Source: a bacterium (GTDB lineage: Bacteria > Bacillota_I > Bacilli_A > RFN20 > DUOZ01). Taken from it: a DNA stretch of 43,823 nt. Below are positions 38,762 to 43,823 of the stretch, piece by piece. Location: positions 1 through 43,823 of the forward strand of contig DUOZ01000002.1 in assembly GCA_012838555.1 (NCBI GenBank), given 5' to 3'. The notes under the pieces were generated by a model. It ran no database searches. It was not told the origin of the DNA and saw only the letters and a list, made by a program, of their open reading frames with translations. The translations under genes were made by a program, and so were the position numbers. The first letter of the stretch is position 1; every line of letters begins with the position of its first letter.

Positions 38762-39266
38762 TTTTGTTTTACCTCTATTAATTGTTGTTTGTTTATTATT
38801 TGCTTTAATAAAGAAAATTAATCCTTTTGATTCCTTTATCAAGGGTGCTAAAGATGGATTAGGTTTGTTTACAAGTATTTTCCCCTCAATTTTAGGAATG
38901 TTTGTAGCTGTTACAATGTTAAAAGCATCAGGTTTAATTGAGGACTTTGGTAAATTACTAGGTTATTTAATTCCTAACGGAATGTATTTTGCTACATTGA
39001 CTCCAATGATGATATTTAGACCTTTATCAGGAAGTGCTTCAATTGGTGTATTATATAATGTTTGTTCTAGTAATGGACCTGATAGTTTACTTTGTAGAAC
39101 TGCTAGTATTATGCAAGCATCAACTGATACAACATTTTATATAATCACTTTATATTTTACATCAGTAAAAGTTACAAAATGGCGGCATTCTTTACAAGCG
39201 GGATTAATCTCTGATTTTATTGGAATGATAAGTGCGATAATCTTAGCGTTATTATTCTTTTCATAA
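38754..39266 (+). CDS. spmB: Spore maturation protein B
   Basis: Second Gate-domain membrane protein, overlapping spmA by 8 nt. Confidence 0.85.
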   Translation: MTNFVLPLLIVVCLLFALIKKINPFDSFIKGAKDGLGLFTSIFPSILGMFVAVTMLKASGLIEDFGKLLGYLIPNGMYFATLTPMMIFRPLSGSASIGVLYNVCSSNGPDSLLCRTASIMQASTDTTFYIITLYFTSVKVTKWRHSLQAGLISDFIGMISAIILALLFFS

Positions 39267-39304
39267 TGGTAAAAAAAGGGTAAAATTATATAAAGGTGAT
39301 AGAA

Positions 39305-40018
39305 ATGGAATGGTTACAAAAAGTTATTGCTAAAAGTGGCATTGCTTCAAGAAGAAAAGCCGAACAATTAATTAAAGAAGGTAGAGTTAAAGTTAATGGT
39401 GAGGTATGTACTAAGTTAGGTACAGCAGTTTCAAATAAAGATGTTATTATGGTTGATGGTAAAGTTATTAAACAAGAAACGAAAGTTTATATTGTGATTA
39501 ATAAACCTAGAAATTGTTTAACTACAACTTCAGATGATCGAGGAAGACCTATTATTTTAGATTATATTAAAAATGTTAAAGAACGAATCTATCCAGTAGG
39601 CCGACTTGATTTTGATACTACAGGAGTTGTTATTTTAACTAATGATGGTGATTTTGCTAATCTATTAATGCATCCATCAAATGAAATAAAGAAAACTTAT
39701 CGTGTTAGTATAAGTGGAGAAGTAAGTGAGGATAAACTTGATAGATTAAGAGCAGGTCTTAGAATAAGTAAAGAAGAATTTTCTCCAGCTTATGTTGAAT
39801 TTGTTAAATATAACCCTGAAAATGGTAAATCAACAGTTAATATAACAATTCATGAAGGAAGAAACCATCAAGTTAAAAGAATGTTTGAGGCTATAGGTTA
39901 TAAAGTAGTTAAACTTCATCGCGTAAGTATTGGTCATATAAGTGATAAAGGATTGAAATTTGGTCAATATCGAAAATTGACTAATGAAGAAATTGAAGCC
40001 TTCTATTATGAAGAATAA
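39305..40018 (+). CDS. rluB: 23S rRNA pseudouridine synthase, RsuA/RluB family
   Basis: N-terminal S4 domain (LQKVIAKSGIASRRKAEQLI) and catalytic motif GRLDFDTTG. The start is moved to the ATG at 39305, which follows SD AAAGGTGA. Confidence 0.9.
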   Translation: MEWLQKVIAKSGIASRRKAEQLIKEGRVKVNGEVCTKLGTAVSNKDVIMVDGKVIKQETKVYIVINKPRNCLTTTSDDRGRPIILDYIKNVKERIYPVGRLDFDTTGVVILTNDGDFANLLMHPSNEIKKTYRVSISGEVSEDKLDRLRAGLRISKEEFSPAYVEFVKYNPENGKSTVNITIHEGRNHQVKRMFEAIGYKVVKLHRVSIGHISDKGLKFGQYRKLTNEEIEAFYYEE

Positions 40019-40059
40019 TGAAATGTTATAATAAAAACACATTATAGGGAGTTGAGATT

Positions 40060-40575
40060 ATGAGCGAGAAGCATAATTTAAAAGAAAAAACGGTAGGGAG
40101 AACGATTTTAAGAATCTTCGGTCCGATTATTACCATTATTGGAATAGTTTTACTTGTAATTGCAATTAGTGATTTTTTTGCTGCGATGAATAGTCCTTTC
40201 GGTCATGGACCAAAAAAATTCCATTTGGGTTTTATTGGTATGCCTTTAATTTTTGTAGGACTTGTTATGACATCAGCAGGTTATATGGGAACCGTTGCCC
40301 GTTATCAAGCATCACAAGTGGCACCTGTAGCTAAAGATTATACGAATTATATGGTTGAAGGAACAAAAGAAAGTATCCATACAATTGCAAGTACAGTAGC
40401 AGGAGCATTTAAAGGAGAAACAAAGAGTTTTTGTCCTAATTGTGGAAATGATTTAAAACCAGATGATGCTTTCTGTGACAACTGCGGTAAACCACTAGCT
40501 AGTAAATGTAAACAATGTGGTGCTAGTAATGATATGGATGCAAAGTTTTGTTCAAAATGTGGAAACAGGATTTAA
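40060..40575 (+). CDS. Membrane protein with a C-terminal double zinc ribbon
   Basis: Two TM helices, then CPNCG..CDNCG..CKQCG..CSKCG. Confidence 0.75.
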   Translation: MSEKHNLKEKTVGRTILRIFGPIITIIGIVLLVIAISDFFAAMNSPFGHGPKKFHLGFIGMPLIFVGLVMTSAGYMGTVARYQASQVAPVAKDYTNYMVEGTKESIHTIASTVAGAFKGETKSFCPNCGNDLKPDDAFCDNCGKPLASKCKQCGASNDMDAKFCSKCGNRI

Positions 40576-40585
40576 CAATAAAATA

Positions 40586-40612
40586 AAAAACTGAACATCA
40601 ATTCAGTTTTTT
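40586..40612 (+). terminator. Intrinsic terminator after the zinc-ribbon gene
   Basis: Hairpin AAAAACTGAA/TTCAGTTTTT followed by a T-run. Confidence 0.7.
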
Positions 40613-40632
40613 ATATAACAAAAGGAGAAAGT

Positions 40633-41688
40633 ATGAAAATGAGTACAAAAATTACAATCATATTGTTAACCATTTTTACAATTTTATTCGGTCTTTCATT
40701 TTTTATTATTAAATCTGTATATGATTCTCAGTTCAAGCGAATAAATCGACCTGATCCAGCCTTAACAGGTGGAATCTTTGATTATAATGAAATTAAAGAA
40801 AGTTATCCAAGAGAAACAATCTCATTTAAATCGGGTGATAACAATCTTGCTGGTTATTTATATGGTTTAAATAATGATAAAGGTTTGATTGTGGTGGTAC
40901 ATGGTCTAGGCGGGGGAGCTGATGATTATCTAGCTCAAATAATGTATTTTGTTGATAGTGGATTTAAAGTTTTTGCTTATGATAGCACCGGTTGTTATGA
41001 TAGTGAAGGTGATTCAATTAAAGGATTTCCTCAAGCAGTTCTAGATTTACATCATGCTTTAAACTATATCGAGAATAGTGAAGAATTAAGTAACCTTGAT
41101 ATTTTACTATTTGGACATTCTTGGGGAGGTTATGCTGTTAGTCATGTTTTAAATTATGAACATGATATTACTGGAGTTGTAAGTATCGCAGGAGTTAATA
41201 ATCCCAATGACTTTATATCAAATAAAGCTGTAGATATGCTAGGAGGAATAGGATACTTATTTAAACCATTTACTAGTTTATATCAGAGTATTCTTTATGG
41301 TGAAGTCGCTTCATTTACCGCAGTAAATGGAATTAATAAAAGTAATGTGCCAGTTATGGTTATTCATGGTGAAGATGATGAAACAGTAAATTATAAAAGA
41401 GATTCTATTATTATACATCAAGAAAAAATCACTAATGAAAATGCCATCTTTGTAACAACAAGTGGTATTCATGGTGGTCATTCAAATTTATTTAAATCAG
41501 AAGATGCTTTAAATTATATTAATGAAGTTAATAAAGAATACAAGGATCTTTATTATCAATATAATGGTAAAATCCCTTATGATATCCATAAAGACTTTTA
41601 TGATAAATTAGATGATGAGCTTGTCTCTAAGTTAAATGATGATTTAATGTCTCAAATTGTTAATTTTTATAACAATTGCTTAAACTAA
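40633..41688 (+). CDS. Membrane-anchored alpha/beta hydrolase
   Basis: N-terminal TM helix, nucleophile elbow GHSWGG, and a later HGEDDE region typical of the fold. Confidence 0.8.
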   Translation: MKMSTKITIILLTIFTILFGLSFFIIKSVYDSQFKRINRPDPALTGGIFDYNEIKESYPRETISFKSGDNNLAGYLYGLNNDKGLIVVVHGLGGGADDYLAQIMYFVDSGFKVFAYDSTGCYDSEGDSIKGFPQAVLDLHHALNYIENSEELSNLDILLFGHSWGGYAVSHVLNYEHDITGVVSIAGVNNPNDFISNKAVDMLGGIGYLFKPFTSLYQSILYGEVASFTAVNGINKSNVPVMVIHGEDDETVNYKRDSIIIHQEKITNENAIFVTTSGIHGGHSNLFKSEDALNYINEVNKEYKDLYYQYNGKIPYDIHKDFYDKLDDELVSKLNDDLMSQIVNFYNNCLN

Positions 41689-41870
41689 AATATAACATTT
41701 CAGATATTTAAATGTAATATATCAGAGTTTAAAGCAGTAATTTTTAAATATTATAGTATTTAAATTTTATATAATTCTCTTTACCATCTTCAAAAGATAA
41801 ATATTCTACCCTTTCTTTTTCAATATGAACTGTTGTTAATTTATTCCGTATAAATTAAAATAAGCAAAAT

Positions 41871-41908
41871 AAAAAAACTCAATTAGAGAATATATCTAAT
41901 TGAGTTTT
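41871..41908. terminator. Bidirectional intrinsic terminator downstream of fba
   Basis: The 10-bp stem CTCAATTAGA/TCTAATTGAG has a 7-nt A-run on one side and TTTT on the other. Confidence 0.75.
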
Positions 41909-41931
41909 AATTTAATGTTATAAGATTAATC

Positions 41932-42867
41932 TTAAATCTTGTTTGAACTTCCTAAGACGTTACGGATTTTATGTCTAACAACTTCACGGATGTTATTTCT
42001 TGCAACTCCTAAGTATTGACGAGGGTCAAAATGTTCAGGATGTTCGTTAAAATGTTTTCTAATTGAAGCAGTCATTGCAAGTCTTAAGTCTGAGTCAATG
42101 TTAATTTTGCATACTGCCATTGAAGCAGCTTTACGTAACATTTCTTCAGGAATACCAATCGCATCTGGCATTTTTCCACCATTTTCGTTAACAATCTTAA
42201 CATATTCTTGCATAACTGATGATGCACCGTGAAGAACAATTGGGAAGTTAGGTAAACGTCTAGAAATTTCTTCTAAAATATCAAATCTAAGTTGAGGTTT
42301 TTGACCTGGTTTAAATTTAAAAGCTCCATGAGAAGTACCAATGGCAATAGCTAATGAGTCAACACCAGTACGTTTAACAAATTCTTCAACTTCATCAGGG
42401 TTTGTAAACATAGCATCTTCTTCACTAACATTAATAGCATCTTCAATACCTGCAAGTCTTCCAAGTTCGCCTTCAACTGTTACATTATGAGCATGAGCAT
42501 AATCAACAACTTTTTTAGTTAGAGCAATATTTTCTTCAAATGGAAGATGTGATCCATCGATCATAACTGAAGTAAATCCACCATCAATACAAGCCTTACA
42601 TAATTCAAAAGAATCACCGTGGTCTAAATGTAAAGCAATAGGAATATCAGTGTCTGCTAAAGCAGCTTCAACTAATTTAACTAAGTAAATGTGTTTAGCA
42701 TATTTTCTAGCTCCAGCTGATACTTGTAAAATAACAGGTGAATTTTCTAATTTAGCTGCTTCGGTGATAGCTTGAACGATTTCCATGTTATTTACATTAA
42801 ATGCACCGATAGCATATCCGCCTTCATAGGCTTTTTTAAACATTTCTTTAGTGTTTACTAATGGCAT
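41932..42867 (-). CDS. fba: Class II fructose-1,6-bisphosphate aldolase
   Basis: MPLVNTKEMFKKA..GAFNVNN, LHLDHG and GTSHGAFKF motifs. Confidence 0.95.
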   Translation of the reverse strand: MPLVNTKEMFKKAYEGGYAIGAFNVNNMEIVQAITEAAKLENSPVILQVSAGARKYAKHIYLVKLVEAALADTDIPIALHLDHGDSFELCKACIDGGFTSVMIDGSHLPFEENIALTKKVVDYAHAHNVTVEGELGRLAGIEDAINVSEEDAMFTNPDEVEEFVKRTGVDSLAIAIGTSHGAFKFKPGQKPQLRFDILEEISRRLPNFPIVLHGASSVMQEYVKIVNENGGKMPDAIGIPEEMLRKAASMAVCKINIDSDLRLAMTASIRKHFNEHPEHFDPRQYLGVARNNIREVVRHKIRNVLGSSNKI

Positions 42868-42902
42868 AATAATTATCCTCCTTTATTCTTATTTCGCCTT
42901 TT

Positions 42903-42911
42903 ATTATAACA
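42903..42911 (-). promoter_or_regulatory. Extended -10 element of the fba promoter
   Basis: The minus strand reads TGTTATAAT, about 35 nt upstream of the fba ATG. I saw no good -35. Confidence 0.45.
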
Positions 42912-42983
42912 CTGACACCAATATTTATAAAGAACAATTACTTTTATGATTTATAGAATTATTTATTATTTATTAAACTTTAA

Positions 42984-43075
42984 TTGCCAAACTAACTTCC
43001 ACACACAAACAGTCGCTTTTTAATATTATATGGAAGTTACCTTGGCAAACCTTACTATGGAATTTACTTTGGCAA
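42984..43075. repeat. Three copies of a 17-bp motif GGAAGTTAnnTTGGCAA (one inverted, two direct)
   Basis: TTGCCAAACTAACTTCC at 42984-43000 (inverted), GGAAGTTACCTTGGCAA at 43032-43048 and GGAATTTACTTTGGCAA at 43059-43075. All lie just upstream of the IS30-type transposase gene. Confidence 0.8.
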
Positions 43076-43139
43076 ATTATTTCTATTGTTTTATAATTTT
43101 TTTAGTGGGTGATGCTTAATTAAACTAGGAGGTGTAATT

Positions 43140-43823
43140 ATGTATTATAAATATAAGCATCTCACTATTAAGGATAGAGAAGATATCGAGACAATGCTTA
43201 AGGAAGGTTTATCATTTAGAAAAATTGCTCTTAATTTGAATGCTGACCCTACTACTATATCCAAAGAAATTAAAAGGAATAGAATGATTAGCGATATAGG
43301 TGCATTAGGTAGAATAAAGAACAGATGCATTCATCGTACATCGTGTCATATAATTGATCTCTGTGAGAATAAGACAATGAAAGAATGACGTTATAATCGC
43401 TGCTCCACTTGTCCTAGATGTAATTTAGTATGTCCTAATTACATTGAAGATAAGTGTTCAAGATTGAATAATCCTCCATATGTTTGTAACGGTTGTTCTT
43501 CTTTTTCTTCATGTGTATTAAAGAAATATTTATATGATGCTAAACATGCTCATAATCTTTACAAAAACAGACTTACTGAATCAAGAATGGGATTTCATCT
43601 TAATCTTGAAGAATTAATCCACATTGAATCTGTTATTAAACCATTAATCAATAAAGGTCAATCGCTTCATCATATTGTTATTAATAATAGAGATGAATTA
43701 ATGGTTTCTGAAAGAACTCTTTATAGGTTAATTGATAGCAACGAAATGGATATAAAAAATATTGATTTACCTCGTAAAGTGAGATACAAACCTAGAGCTA
43801 AATCCAAACAATTCGTTGTTGAT
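43140..43823 (+). mobile_element. IS30-family transposase gene, interrupted by an in-frame TGA and truncated by the window end
   Basis: The N-terminal HTH (LTIKDREDIETMLKEGLSFRKIALNLNADPTTISKEIKRN) is IS30-like. There is a TGA at 43386-43388, after which the same frame stays open to 43823 and encodes a Cys-rich segment and a second HTH-like region. Confidence 0.75.

Noticed and set aside
2652-39304. N-terminal extensions proposed by the ORF track for tadA, the TPR gene, serS, recF, the RHH gene, parA, yabG, ispE, rluB and the 8574 gene.
   Set aside because: In each case an internal ATG is preceded by a good SD at proper spacing and matches the usual N-terminus of the family. The extensions run into RNA elements, terminators or upstream genes.
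41700-41870. Short open stretch on the minus strand (..NKLTTVHIEKERVEYLSFEDGKENYIKFKYYNI) between the hydrolase gene and fba.
   Set aside because: It has no start codon or SD, spans only about 35 codons and shows no family resemblance. It may be a gene relic but cannot be supported.
24150-43330. Further shadow ORFs (24150-24419, 26541-26843, 27678-27905, 30104-30385, 34961-35218, 35691-35876, 39830-40042, 43145-43330).
   Set aside because: Same reasoning: they are embedded in dnaA, rnpA/yidC, yidC, mnmE, glmU, rluB and the transposase gene respectively.
43386-43388. TGA read as Trp (Mollicute-type code 4) or selenocysteine in the transposase gene.
   Set aside because: TGA clearly terminates tatD (31675-31677), yabG (33844-33846) and the 9653-10648 gene. 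Trp is encoded by TGG throughout. I saw no SECIS-like hairpin after the codon. A nonsense mutation is the simplest reading.
1-43823. CRISPR arrays, tRNA or rRNA genes, prophage or defence-system hallmarks (integrases, restriction-modification, toxin-antitoxin pairs).
   Set aside because: I found no regularly spaced direct repeats, no tRNA T-arm or anticodon-arm signatures, and no rRNA-like conserved segments in the intergenic regions. The SNF2 helicase at the left edge has no visible defence partners in the window, and its upstream context is off-window.

Overview
This window covers the chromosomal replication-origin region of a very AT-rich Bacillota-type genome. It uses the standard genetic code: TGA is a stop at 9653-9655, 31675-31677 and 33844-33846, and Trp is encoded by TGG. 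A bipartite oriC flanks dnaA, with DnaA-box clusters at 22959-22976 and 24490-24830. Gene orientation switches there. To the left, genes are mostly on the minus strand (dnaA, dnaN, yaaA, recF, gyrB, gyrA, a GT4 glycosyltransferase, serS with a Ser T-box, psuG, tadA, small SRP RNA). To the right, they are on the plus strand (rpmH, rnpA, yidC, jag/khpB, mnmE, tatD, rnmV, rsmA, yabG, ispE, glmU, prs, dacB-spmA-spmB, rluB). Features missing from the ORF track are rpmH, a small SRP RNA, the serS T-box leader, several sigma-A-type promoters and several intrinsic terminators. Accessory or unusual content falls into four groups. (1) A tightly coupled four-gene minus-strand operon (5868-10648) encodes two FemABX/GNAT-like proteins and two B12-binding-domain radical SAM enzymes. 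It has no recognisable precursor peptide, transporter or regulator. A decayed sugar-uptake locus with an IS remnant flanks it on one side, and a divergent TPR/Sel1 protein with a dyad operator flanks it on the other. This is the best candidate for an undescribed biosynthetic system. (2) An orphan ParA is translationally linked to a 99-aa ribbon-helix-helix-like protein between oriC and rpmH, with a degenerate parS-like site immediately 3' of it and no ParB, Noc, MnmG or RsmG in the window. (3) Two pseudogenes include a permease/glycoside-hydrolase chimera. (4) An IS30-family transposase gene is interrupted by an in-frame TGA and preceded by three copies of a 17-bp motif. I did not detect any tRNA, rRNA or CRISPR array. 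All homology calls come from motif recognition by eye, not from database searches.
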